Made by a program: the position numbers and the translations under genes | Shown: positions 29,413 through 37,834 of the stretch, in pieces | How the letters are laid out: every line of letters begins with the position of its first letter | Numbering within the stretch: position 1 is the stretch's first letter | DNA from: Planctomycetota bacterium | GTDB taxonomy: Bacteria; Planctomycetota; UBA1135; UBA2386 | NCBI GenBank assembly: GCA_965228735.1 | Contig: OZ245838.1 | Span: 2,944,001-3,008,000, forward strand | DNA length: 64,000 nucleotides | Direction: 5' to 3' | The notes under the pieces: model-generated | What the model was told of the DNA's origin: nothing | Seen by the model: only the letters and a program-made list of their open reading frames with translations | Database searches by the model: none

Positions 29413-31317
29413 GTGCCGCCGCTCCCCCGCCCTGACTTCATCGCGCGCCATCGCCACCTGCTCGCGCTCGAGCGCGACGCCGAACGCGAAGCGGCCGAAC
29501 GGCTGCTGCGCGACCGCTCCGACCAGGAGTTGACGGCCCGCGGCACGACGCTGCTGCGGCTCGAGGTCGTGGACCTGTTGCCCGGTCTCGGCGGGGCCGT
29601 GCAGGCCGTCGTGCGCAGCAGCCGCAGCCAGGACGAACTGCCGGCGCACCGGCTCGGGCCCGGCGACCTCGTGGCGTTGCGCGAGCACCGCGACCGGGAC
29701 CCGGTCGCCACGGGGGTGATCGCGCGCGTGCGACGTGACACGTTGACCGTCACGCTGGACCAGGACGACGCGGATCTGCCACCGCTCGTTCGCCTCGACA
29801 AGCTCGCATCCGACGTCACGTGGCAGCGGCTCGAGGCTGCGCTCGACGACCTCGCCGGGGATCCCGAAGTCGACCGGCGCGATCTCGTCGCGACCCTGTT
29901 CCACGAGCGCGAGCCCGAGTTCGCCGAGGTTCCCGAGCCCGCGTGGTTCGACGCCACCCTCGACGATTCCCAGCGCGACGCGATCCGCCACGCGCTCGGT
30001 GCGCGCACGGTCGCGCTCGTTCATGGTCCGCCCGGCACGGGCAAGACGACGGCGCTCGTCGAGTTCATCCGGCAGGTGACGTCACGCGGCGAACGCGTGC
30101 TCGCGACTGCACCGTCGAACGTCGCGGTCGACAACGTCGCCGAACGGCTCGCGGCTGCCGGTCTGCGCATCGTCCGACTCGGTCACCCGGCGCGCGTCAG
30201 CGACGCGGTGCTCGCCACGACGCTCGCGGCTCAGGTCGAACGCGCTCCGGAACAGAAGCTGCTCAAGACGGTGCGGCGCGAGGTGGAGCAGGGGCTGCGC
30301 GCCGTGCAGCGCGCGGACGGCCGTCGGTCGCGCCGCGAGGCGCATGCCGAGGTCCGCGCCCGCCGCCGCGAACTGCGCCAGCTCGAGACCGCAATCACCC
30401 GCGGCATCGTGGACGGCGCCGAGGTCGTGCTCGCGACGAACACGGGCGCAGCCGACCGCCTGCTGCGCCATTCGACGTTCGATCAGCTCGTCATCGACGA
30501 AGCGGCGCAGGCGATCGAGGCGTCGTGCTGGATCCCGCTCGCCCGCGCGCGGCGCGTGCTGCTCGCCGGCGACCACCGGCAGTTGCCGCCGACGATCCTC
30601 TCGGCCGCGGCCATCGCCGGCGGCCTCGCGACCACGTTGTTCGAACGGTTGGTGCACCACCCCATGACCGCGGTCTGCGCGCGGCAGCTGACGCTGCAGT
30701 ACCGCATGCACGAAGCGATCATGAGCTTCTCGGCCCAGCGCTTCTACGACGGCCGGCTCCACGCCGCGCCGGCGGTCAAAGGGCACCTGCTGACGGACCT
30801 CGACGGCGTCGCGGCCAGCGCGGCGACCGCGGTGCCCCTGCGCTTCATCGACACGGCCGGGTGCGGTCACGAGGAGACGGCCGGCGACGACGACGGCTCG
30901 AAGGCCAACCCGGGCGAAGCGGCGCTCGTCCAGACGGTCGTGGACGGCCTGGTCGCGGCCGGCGTCGAGCCGGCGGCGATCGCGGTCATCACGCCGTACA
31001 ACGCGCAGGTGCAGCTGCTGCGAACGCGACTCGACACGAAGATCGAAATCGGGACGGTGGACAGCCTGCAGGGCCGCGAGCAGGAGGCCACCGTCGTGTC
31101 CCTCGTGCGCAGCAACGCAAACGCCGACGTCGGGTTCCTGCGCGAACTTCGGCGCCTCAACGTCGCGTTGACACGGGCCCGTCGGCACCTCACGGTGATC
31201 GGCGACAGCGCGACGCTCGCGGGTGACCCGGACCTCCTCGCGCTCGTCGATCATCTGCAGGAGCGCGCCGAGTATCGCAGCGGCTTCGAGTTCGAAGGCG
31301 GCGCCGACCTCGGCTGA
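29413..31317 (+). CDS. SF1 helicase, IGHMBP2/Upf1-like (DNA2/NAM7) family
   Basis: HGPPGTGKTT, APSNVAVDN, IDEAAQ, LAGDHRQLPP, QYRMH, ITPYNAQ, TVDSLQGRE, RRLNVALTRA. Confidence 0.93.
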   Translation: MPPLPRPDFIARHRHLLALERDAEREAAERLLRDRSDQELTARGTTLLRLEVVDLLPGLGGAVQAVVRSSRSQDELPAHRLGPGDLVALREHRDRDPVATGVIARVRRDTLTVTLDQDDADLPPLVRLDKLASDVTWQRLEAALDDLAGDPEVDRRDLVATLFHEREPEFAEVPEPAWFDATLDDSQRDAIRHALGARTVALVHGPPGTGKTTALVEFIRQVTSRGERVLATAPSNVAVDNVAERLAAAGLRIVRLGHPARVSDAVLATTLAAQVERAPEQKLLKTVRREVEQGLRAVQRADGRRSRREAHAEVRARRRELRQLETAITRGIVDGAEVVLATNTGAADRLLRHSTFDQLVIDEAAQAIEASCWIPLARARRVLLAGDHRQLPPTILSAAAIAGGLATTLFERLVHHPMTAVCARQLTLQYRMHEAIMSFSAQRFYDGRLHAAPAVKGHLLTDLDGVAASAATAVPLRFIDTAGCGHEETAGDDDGSKANPGEAALVQTVVDGLVAAGVEPAAIAVITPYNAQVQLLRTRLDTKIEIGTVDSLQGREQEATVVSLVRSNANADVGFLRELRRLNVALTRARRHLTVIGDSATLAGDPDLLALVDHLQERAEYRSGFEFEGGADLG

Positions 31318-31477
31318 GCGAGGGGGCTCGGACCTGCTATGCTTCTGCGGCGCGCGCGCCCGCCCGCCACCTCGCAGAACCCCGCTGCACCTTCGCCGTC
31401 CGCCTTCCGCACGCCACCCCAGCGTGCCACTCCCTTGTGCCACCCTCGCATGAAGGGAGCGTGTAGCCAGCTTGAAC

Positions 31478-33232
31478 ATGACCCGATCCGTCCTCCTCGC
31501 AATCGTGCTCGCCGCGGGCACGGCGCAGGCCCAGCTGCCGTGCTGGATCGCCGACTACGGCACCAACCTCGCACTCGGTGACGAGTCCGTCTCGGCGCCC
31601 CAGGCCCTCGGCTTCAGCTTCGCGTTCGATGGCGGCACGTGGACGGCCATCCAGGTCTGCGACAACGGCTACGTCACGCTCGGCGGCGGCGGCGGTCAGG
31701 CCGACCCCGATCCCGATCCCGTCGCCCTCAACGGCGCGGCGTTCGCGCGCATCTGCCCGTTCTGGGTCGACCTCGACCCGAGCGCCGGCGGCAGCGGCAA
31801 CGTCTGGTTCAACGCGGTCCCGGCCAACGGCACCGACCCCGCGCACGCAGTGATCACGTGGCGCGGCGTCTACGAGTTTCGCGGGCTCACGCCGCACACG
31901 TTCCAGCTCGTGCTGATCGATGGCGGCGCGATCCGCTGCGCCTACGGTCAGGACATCGCGCACAACACGTCGCCGTGGCTCGTCGGCGCGAGTCCGGGCG
32001 CCAACGCGACGGCAAACGCGGTGACGTTCCTGAGCACGCCATTCAGCACGAGCGCGCCGGTGCTGCACGAGAACGATCCGACCGGGGGCGCATCGGCGCT
32101 CGAGAATCGCACGATCGAGTGGCTGCCGAACGGTGCGGGCGGCTACGACGTCGCGGACCTCACGGGCTGCGCGGCGTTCACCGAGTTCGGCTCGGGCTGT
32201 GTCGCGGCCTACACGTCGTTCTACGAGTTCTTCCCGACGACGGCGGCGATCGACCTCGCCAACACGGCGTTCGAGCTCACGCTCAACGCCGGCGCCTACG
32301 ACGTGAGTTCGAGCTCGGTCGCGTTCGTGCCACCGAGCGCCACGGCCTTCAACCTCAACCTCGCGGACGACGCGGAAACGACCGTGCTGCTCGCGACCCC
32401 GCTGCCGTATCCGGGTGGATCGGCCGCGATGCTGACGGTCGGTTCGAACGGCCACGTCGCCACAGCACCCAACGGCGCCGCGTTCGACTTCTCGCCGTCG
32501 CCCGCCGAATTGCTCAGCTGGCCGAACGCGGCGTGGGCCGCGTGGCGCGACCTGATCCCCGACGATCCGGCGAGCGGCGGCGTGTTCTTCGAGGAGATCG
32601 GCAACGTCTCGATCATCACGTGGGACGCGGTGGTCGGCTACGACGGCCAGGTGCCTGGCGTGACCCCGAGCACGTTCCAGTTCCAGTTCGACCGCAGCAC
32701 GGGGAACGTCGCGATCGTGTTCGGCGCGCTCGACACGACGAGCGCGAGCACGTGGCCCGGCGGGGATGGCTGGCTCATCGGCTACAGCCCCGGCGGTCCG
32801 GCGCTCGACCCGGGCAACTTCGATCTGTCGACGCTGGCCGCCGCCGGCCCGCTCGGCACCGCGGCGACCGACATCGCGCCGCTGACGATCACCGCCGATG
32901 CGCCGCCGGCGATGATGACGCAGATCGGGCTCGTGGTCGACAACGTGTCACCGACCGCGGCGTTCGTCGGGGTCGTCTTCGGTTTCCAGAAGTTCGATCC
33001 CGGGATGTCGCTCGCCGGGATCGGCATGCCGGACTGTTTTCAGTACGGCAACCAGCTGTCCGTGCAGCTCGTCCTGCCTGGCGGCGCGACGCAGGTGACC
33101 GTGCCGTTCGTCATCCCGCGCTTCGCGGGCGTCCGCATGATCGTGCAGGCCGCTGGCTTCGATCCCGCGTCCAACCCGAACCCGCTCGGCGTCGTCGCGA
33201 GCAACGGACTCGAGTTGATGCTCGGCAACTAG
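31478..33232 (+). CDS. Secreted protein with two nidogen-like repeats and the shared C-terminal domain
   Basis: Signal peptide ...AAGTAQAQ; duplicated 'V..NG.V' / 'PFWVDL.P' / 'ITW' / 'TFQ' units; ends GVVASNGLELMLGN. Confidence 0.7.
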   Translation: MTRSVLLAIVLAAGTAQAQLPCWIADYGTNLALGDESVSAPQALGFSFAFDGGTWTAIQVCDNGYVTLGGGGGQADPDPDPVALNGAAFARICPFWVDLDPSAGGSGNVWFNAVPANGTDPAHAVITWRGVYEFRGLTPHTFQLVLIDGGAIRCAYGQDIAHNTSPWLVGASPGANATANAVTFLSTPFSTSAPVLHENDPTGGASALENRTIEWLPNGAGGYDVADLTGCAAFTEFGSGCVAAYTSFYEFFPTTAAIDLANTAFELTLNAGAYDVSSSSVAFVPPSATAFNLNLADDAETTVLLATPLPYPGGSAAMLTVGSNGHVATAPNGAAFDFSPSPAELLSWPNAAWAAWRDLIPDDPASGGVFFEEIGNVSIITWDAVVGYDGQVPGVTPSTFQFQFDRSTGNVAIVFGALDTTSASTWPGGDGWLIGYSPGGPALDPGNFDLSTLAAAGPLGTAATDIAPLTITADAPPAMMTQIGLVVDNVSPTAAFVGVVFGFQKFDPGMSLAGIGMPDCFQYGNQLSVQLVLPGGATQVTVPFVIPRFAGVRMIVQAAGFDPASNPNPLGVVASNGLELMLGN

Positions 33233-33261
33233 TACGCGGCGGCGGGCGGCGCCGCGACCGC

Positions 33262-34875
33262 TCAGAAGAGCGTGACCGTTGCCGCCGCCGTGGCCGCGAG
33301 ACCGCCGAACGAACCCGAATCGAACACGACCCACTGCGTGTGGGCGACGAGACTCGCGAGCGCCGGGTCGGAGGGCAGCGGGAAGTGCGCGGTGCCGCAG
33401 CCCGCGCCGGCTGCGCCTGGCGCGCCTGCGAGCAGCTGGAAGCTCACGGCCGACGAGCCCGGATCGACGAACAACGTCGCGCCGCTCGCGAAACTCAGGC
33501 CCTGGAGCGGCGAGATCAGGAGCGCCGCAATGGCCGCGCCCTGCGCATCACCGATGCCGACCTTGAAGTCCGCGTGACCGAGGTTGGCCGGCACACCCGC
33601 GAGTATCGTCGGGCTGATGCCGCCCGTGCCCGCAGTCCCGGCCCCGTAGAGCACGCCGTTCGGCGGCAGGACGTCGCTGCGCAGCGTCGGGCGATCGAAC
33701 GGCGAGACACCGGCTGCGACGCGCGGATCAGTGAGGCCGTTCTCGACGAACTCGATCAGGTCCGCGCGAGCCGACGGCGGCAGGTTGAGCGGCTGCAGCT
33801 GCGGGTCCTTGTTCGGGGTGAAGGCCCCGCCACCGAGTCGGTAGAAGTCCACGACGTCCGCGACCGACGTGAACTGGCCGTTGTGCATGAAGCTGCGCCG
33901 CAAGCCGACGTTGCGCAGACTCGGCACCTTGAACCTGCCGCGATCCTGGAAGTTGTTGGTGACCTCCTGGCGACCGCGGTCCTCGTTGATCGGCCGGAGA
34001 CCGAGATTGCGGAACGTCCGGTCGCTGAACAACCCGTTCTGGTCCGTGTGACAGATCACGCAACGACCCGGGCCGCGGAACACCTGCAACCCACGCGCCT
34101 GCGCGGCGGTCAGCGTGCCGAGATCGAACGGCGTCTGGTTCGGCACGAGCGTCCGCTGGTAGGTCGCGAGCGCGAACGCGATGCGCTCCGCGGTGATCGC
34201 CGGCGTGCCGAACGCGTTCTGGAACAGGTCCGGATACGTGGCGCCACCCTGCACCGCGGCCGCCATGTCGGGCGGCAGATTGGTCGCCAGCGCCATCGGC
34301 ACCGCTGTCGCGAGCTTGCTCACGGCCTGCGACCACGTGCGACCGTCGTGCGCCATCTCGGTGCCATCGAGGATCGGTCCGATCGCCTGACTCTCGAGCG
34401 CGCCACCGGCGGGAACCGAGGTCTGGCCCGTCTGCGGGTCGACGAACGTGGTGCGCGCCCGGCCGTCCCAGAACAACTCGGGGAACCATGCAGCGGTCAG
34501 CATGCTCGGCGACGCGCGCCGGGTGACCTGCTCGGCGTGCCCGAACGCAGCGTCGTCGAGGTAGCTGTTCTGCGTGTCGGCGCGATGCACCCCCGGTGAA
34601 CCGAAGACGTCATCGGCCGTCTGGAACACGCCGTCCAGCCCCGGGTGCCGCGCCCGTCGCAGGTCGCCGCCGCCCGCGCCGAAGGTGTGGCACGTGCCGC
34701 ACGCCACGCGGTTGTTGCTCGACATCTGCTCTTCCCAGAAGAGCAGTTTGCCGAGGATCGTCTTGGCCGGCGTGATGGGGTTCTGCGGCGGCACGGGCAC
34801 GGGCGGCAGGTTGTTCTGCGCCTGCAGCACCGCGCCGGTCGCGAGCGCGGCGAGAGTGAGTCGGATCATCGTCAT
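33262..34875 (-). CDS. Di-heme cytochrome c peroxidase / MauG family protein with extra C-terminal domain
   Basis: LGKLLFWE..MS...VACGTCH, FWDGRA, LESQA.GP, RCVICH, FKVPSLRNV...FMHNG. Confidence 0.9.
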   Translation of the reverse strand: MTMIRLTLAALATGAVLQAQNNLPPVPVPPQNPITPAKTILGKLLFWEEQMSSNNRVACGTCHTFGAGGGDLRRARHPGLDGVFQTADDVFGSPGVHRADTQNSYLDDAAFGHAEQVTRRASPSMLTAAWFPELFWDGRARTTFVDPQTGQTSVPAGGALESQAIGPILDGTEMAHDGRTWSQAVSKLATAVPMALATNLPPDMAAAVQGGATYPDLFQNAFGTPAITAERIAFALATYQRTLVPNQTPFDLGTLTAAQARGLQVFRGPGRCVICHTDQNGLFSDRTFRNLGLRPINEDRGRQEVTNNFQDRGRFKVPSLRNVGLRRSFMHNGQFTSVADVVDFYRLGGGAFTPNKDPQLQPLNLPPSARADLIEFVENGLTDPRVAAGVSPFDRPTLRSDVLPPNGVLYGAGTAGTGGISPTILAGVPANLGHADFKVGIGDAQGAAIAALLISPLQGLSFASGATLFVDPGSSAVSFQLLAGAPGAAGAGCGTAHFPLPSDPALASLVAHTQWVVFDSGSFGGLAATAAATVTLF

Positions 34876-34959
34876 GGGGAAGTTCCTTGCACGGGGCTGT
34901 CCCAACAACGTCACACGGATGTCGTCCCCCACTCCCGGGTCGAGAAAACGCGCGGATGG

Positions 34960-35826
34960 TCAGGCCGACTGTGACTTGCCGTCCGAACTCGGGCGCGCTG
35001 CCTTGCCCGCGCGACGTTTCCGATCCTTGGCGACCGACCGCTTCGCGCTTGCCTTCGTCGCGGCAGGCGGCACTCCGGCCCGCTTCTTCGCCGCCGGCTT
35101 CTCGGGTGCTGGCTGCTCGGGCACGGGCTTCTGCAACGCGGACTTCGGCTCGGTTGGGCTCGCTGGCGCAGGCCTGGTCTGGGCCGGTTTCACGTGGGCC
35201 GGCTTCACTTGAGCCGGCTTCGCTGGCGCTGCTTTCGTTGGCGCCGACGTCGTCGGGGCGGGCTTCGGCTCGGCCTTCGCGCTCGATTGCGCGGGTCGGG
35301 CCGGCGCCGCACGATCCGCGAGCTGACCGACGAGTTCGGTGTACTCCCCACGCTTGTCCACGCGCTGACCGCGGCGATAGCAGCGGCGCGCCGCGCCGAC
35401 GTCGCCCGATCGCCGATACGCGTTGCCGAGCGCGAGCCACGCCGCCGCGTCCCATGGATCGGTCGCGACGAGGCGGCGGAACGCGGCTCGGGCCGCATCG
35501 TGGTCGTGCCGCAGATAGGCCGCCATGCCCGCCGCGAAGCGCTCGTGACGTTGGCGACTCGCCGGTGACCAGCGCCGCCGCCACTGCTGATACGCGAGCA
35601 GCAGGGTGATCCCGAAGGCCGTGCCCTGCATCGTGAACAGCGCCGCGTGGTAGTGCGTGTCGTTCTCGAACGCGAACCGCGCCACCGCGGCCCAGTCCGC
35701 CGCGATCCACAACGCCGCGGTCGCGACGGCGCCGATCAGGAACCGGCCGGTGCGCAGGTAGAACCACGCCGCCGCCTGGCCGAGCACGAAGAGTGCGAGG
35801 TTGGGCAGGAACGAGTCGGCGAACAC
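34960..35826 (-). CDS. Membrane protein with TPR and Pro/Lys/Ala-rich tail
   Basis: Three N-terminal TMs; AWLALGNAYRRSGD..AARRCY; KPAQVKPAHVKPAQ repeats. Confidence 0.7.
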   Translation of the reverse strand: MFADSFLPNLALFVLGQAAAWFYLRTGRFLIGAVATAALWIAADWAAVARFAFENDTHYHAALFTMQGTAFGITLLLAYQQWRRRWSPASRQRHERFAAGMAAYLRHDHDAARAAFRRLVATDPWDAAAWLALGNAYRRSGDVGAARRCYRRGQRVDKRGEYTELVGQLADRAAPARPAQSSAKAEPKPAPTTSAPTKAAPAKPAQVKPAHVKPAQTRPAPASPTEPKSALQKPVPEQPAPEKPAAKKRAGVPPAATKASAKRSVAKDRKRRAGKAARPSSDGKSQSA

Positions 35827-35878
35827 GGCGCCAAGGCTACGCTCTCGTTCCTCCGGATGCTCCGACTTGTGGCGCGAT

Positions 35879-36481
35879 ATGCCCCTCGACGACCGCCGTC
35901 TCTATCTGCTGTTCACGCCGAGCCTGTGCCGCGCCGACCCGACCCGCACCCTCGCAGCGGCACTGCGCGGCGGCGTCGATCTCGTGCAGTGGCGCACCAA
36001 GACACCCGACGCCGACGGGCTGGGGACGTGCCGCACACTCTGCGATGCGGCCGGCGTGCCGCTGATCATCAACGACGACGTCGACCTCGCCATCGCGACC
36101 GACGCCGCGGGCGCGCACGTCGGCCAGGACGACCTGCCGGCCGCAGCGGCGCGCCGGCTCCTCGGCAGCCGCCTGCTCGGGGTGAGCACGCATGACGACG
36201 ACCAGATCCGCGCCGCGATCACAGCCGGCGCCGACCACCTCGGCTTCGGCCCGTGCTTCCCGACCGAGACCAAGGGCTACCTCAGTGGCCAACCCGACGA
36301 TGCGATCCGCAGGGCGCGCCAGACCGCCGGCCCCGTGCCGCTCTACGCGATCGGCGGCATCACCACCGAGAACCTCCCCCACCTCATGACGCTCGGCATC
36401 GACCGCATCGCCGTGAGCAGCGCGATCCTCCACAGCGCGGATCCCGAGAACGCAGCAGCCGAACTCCGCCAGCAGCTGTGA
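35879..36481 (+). CDS. thiE: Thiamine-phosphate synthase
   Basis: GVDLVQWRTK, LIINDDVDLA, GAHVGQDD, GVSTH, GPCFPT.TK, AIGGIT. Confidence 0.92.
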   Translation: MPLDDRRLYLLFTPSLCRADPTRTLAAALRGGVDLVQWRTKTPDADGLGTCRTLCDAAGVPLIINDDVDLAIATDAAGAHVGQDDLPAAAARRLLGSRLLGVSTHDDDQIRAAITAGADHLGFGPCFPTETKGYLSGQPDDAIRRARQTAGPVPLYAIGGITTENLPHLMTLGIDRIAVSSAILHSADPENAAAELRQQL

Positions 36482-36484
36482 AAG

Positions 36485-36603
36485 GGTGGCGGTACCGAAC
36501 CCGCTTCAAATCCGCCACCCTGCCGCCAACGCAACCCCCGCTGCGATCGGCCTCGCCGCTGCGTCGGCGATGGCGGATTTGAAGCGGGTTCGGTACCGCC
36601 ACC
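36485..36603. repeat. 119-bp inverted-repeat element (REPIN/MITE-like), copy 1
   Basis: Perfect 33-bp arms GGTGGCGGTACCGAACCCGCTTCAAATCCGCCA (36485-36517) and 36571-36603; 53-bp spacer; between convergent thiE and queA. Confidence 0.85.
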
Positions 36604-36611
36604 TTGGTTTG

Positions 36612-37664
36612 CTACGTGAGCAGCATCGCGTCGCCGAAGGAGTAGAAGCGGTAGCCGCGTTCGATCGCGTCGCGGTAGAGCGCCAGCGTTTCCTCGTGGC
36701 CCGCGAACGCGGCGACGAGCATGATCAGGGTCGACTGCGGCAGGTGGAAGTTGGTCACGAGGGCGTCGACGACGCGGAACTCGCTGCCCGGGTAGAGGAA
36801 GAGCTCGGACGTGCCCGCGCCCGGATCGACCGTGCGGTCTGCGCGCGCGCAGGTCTCGAGCGTGCGGCAGCTCGTCGTGCCGACGGCGACGACGCGGCCA
36901 CCGCGCGCGCGCGTGCGGGTGATCGCGGCCGCCGTCGCAGCCGGCAGGTCGTAGACCTCGCCGTGCATGCGATGCTCCTCGACGACCTCGGTGCGCATCG
37001 GCGCGAACGTGCCCTCCCCGACGTGCAACGTCACGGTCGCGCGCTCGACGCCCTGATCCTCGAGCTGCGCGAGCAGCTCGGGGGTGAAGTGCAGCCCCGC
37101 GGTCGGCGCCGCGACGGCCCCGGGACTGCTCGCGAAGACGGTCTGGTAGCGTTCGCGATCCGCGGCCACGACCGCGGCGTCCTCGATCCCGGGCCGGCGG
37201 ATGTAGGGCGGCAACGGCGCGCGGCCGCCGGCGTCGAGCGCCGCATCCAGGTCGTCGAACGGCGCCCCCGGCGCGAGGTCGAAGCGCCAGCGTCCCGCGC
37301 CGAGATCGGCGGTGAGCGTGAGTCGCACGACGCCGCCCTCCATCGCGAGCACGTCGCCGACGTGCAGCTTCTTGCTCGGCTTGACGAAACCCTCGCCGAC
37401 CGCGCCGTCGCGCCGCAGGATCAGGCACTCGCAGCCGCCGCCCGTCGCGCGCGAGCCGCGCAGGCGCCACGGCAGCACGCGCGTGTCATTGACGACGAGG
37501 AGATCGCCGGGCCGCAGGTAGTCGCCGAGATCGCGGAAGTGCCGATGCGCGGTGTCACGGGTCTGGCGGTCGTGCACGAGCAGGCGCGCGCTGTCCCGCG
37601 GTTCGGCCGCGGTCGCGGCGATCTGTTCGGGCGGCAGCTCGAAGTCGAAGTCGGAGACGTGCAC
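36612..37664 (-). CDS. queA: S-adenosylmethionine:tRNA ribosyltransferase-isomerase
   Basis: VSDFDFELPPEQIA, LVVNDTRV, PLPPYI.R, RYQTVFA..PGAVAAPTAGLHFT, TNFHLPQSTL, YRFYSFGDAM. Alternative ATG at 37676. Confidence 0.96.
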   Translation of the reverse strand: MHVSDFDFELPPEQIAATAAEPRDSARLLVHDRQTRDTAHRHFRDLGDYLRPGDLLVVNDTRVLPWRLRGSRATGGGCECLILRRDGAVGEGFVKPSKKLHVGDVLAMEGGVVRLTLTADLGAGRWRFDLAPGAPFDDLDAALDAGGRAPLPPYIRRPGIEDAAVVAADRERYQTVFASSPGAVAAPTAGLHFTPELLAQLEDQGVERATVTLHVGEGTFAPMRTEVVEEHRMHGEVYDLPAATAAAITRTRARGGRVVAVGTTSCRTLETCARADRTVDPGAGTSELFLYPGSEFRVVDALVTNFHLPQSTLIMLVAAFAGHEETLALYRDAIERGYRFYSFGDAMLLT

Positions 37665-37796
37665 GCGTCTCGTCATACCGTGGGACCCAGCTCGAAGTCG
37701 AAGCCGGAAACTCGCACGCGCGATCGTCATACCGTGGGACCCAACTCGAAGTCGAAGCCGGAAACTCGCACGCGCGATCGTCATACCGCGGGACCC
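37635..37796. repeat. Three tandem 53-54-bp units built from the queA start region
   Basis: Units start at 37635, 37688 and 37742; each contains CA(G/A)CTCGAAGTCGAAG...GCACGCG...TCGTCATACCG(T/C)GGGACCC. Confidence 0.85.
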
Positions 37797-37834
37797 GGTT
37801 GCCCGCGACGCCGACACCGGCCACCATCTCCGGC

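Noticed and set aside
29413..31317. Helicase as part of an anti-phage defence system
   Set aside because: Ordinary IGHMBP2-like architecture with no fused nuclease and no defence neighbours.
31639..34599. 986-aa ORF and many other long Arg/Ala/Pro-rich ORFs (e.g. 9203-11461, 52116-54614)
   Set aside because: Alternative-frame or antisense shadows of real genes, expected at high GC; they carry no motifs.
27589..37664. queG-queA as a queuosine or 7-deazaguanine modification cluster
   Set aside because: About 8 kb apart, on opposite strands and separated by unrelated genes; no tgt/dpd or queCDEF genes in the window.
37635..37796. Possible CRISPR array
   Set aside because: Units are contiguous with no unique spacers, derive from queA, and no cas genes are present.
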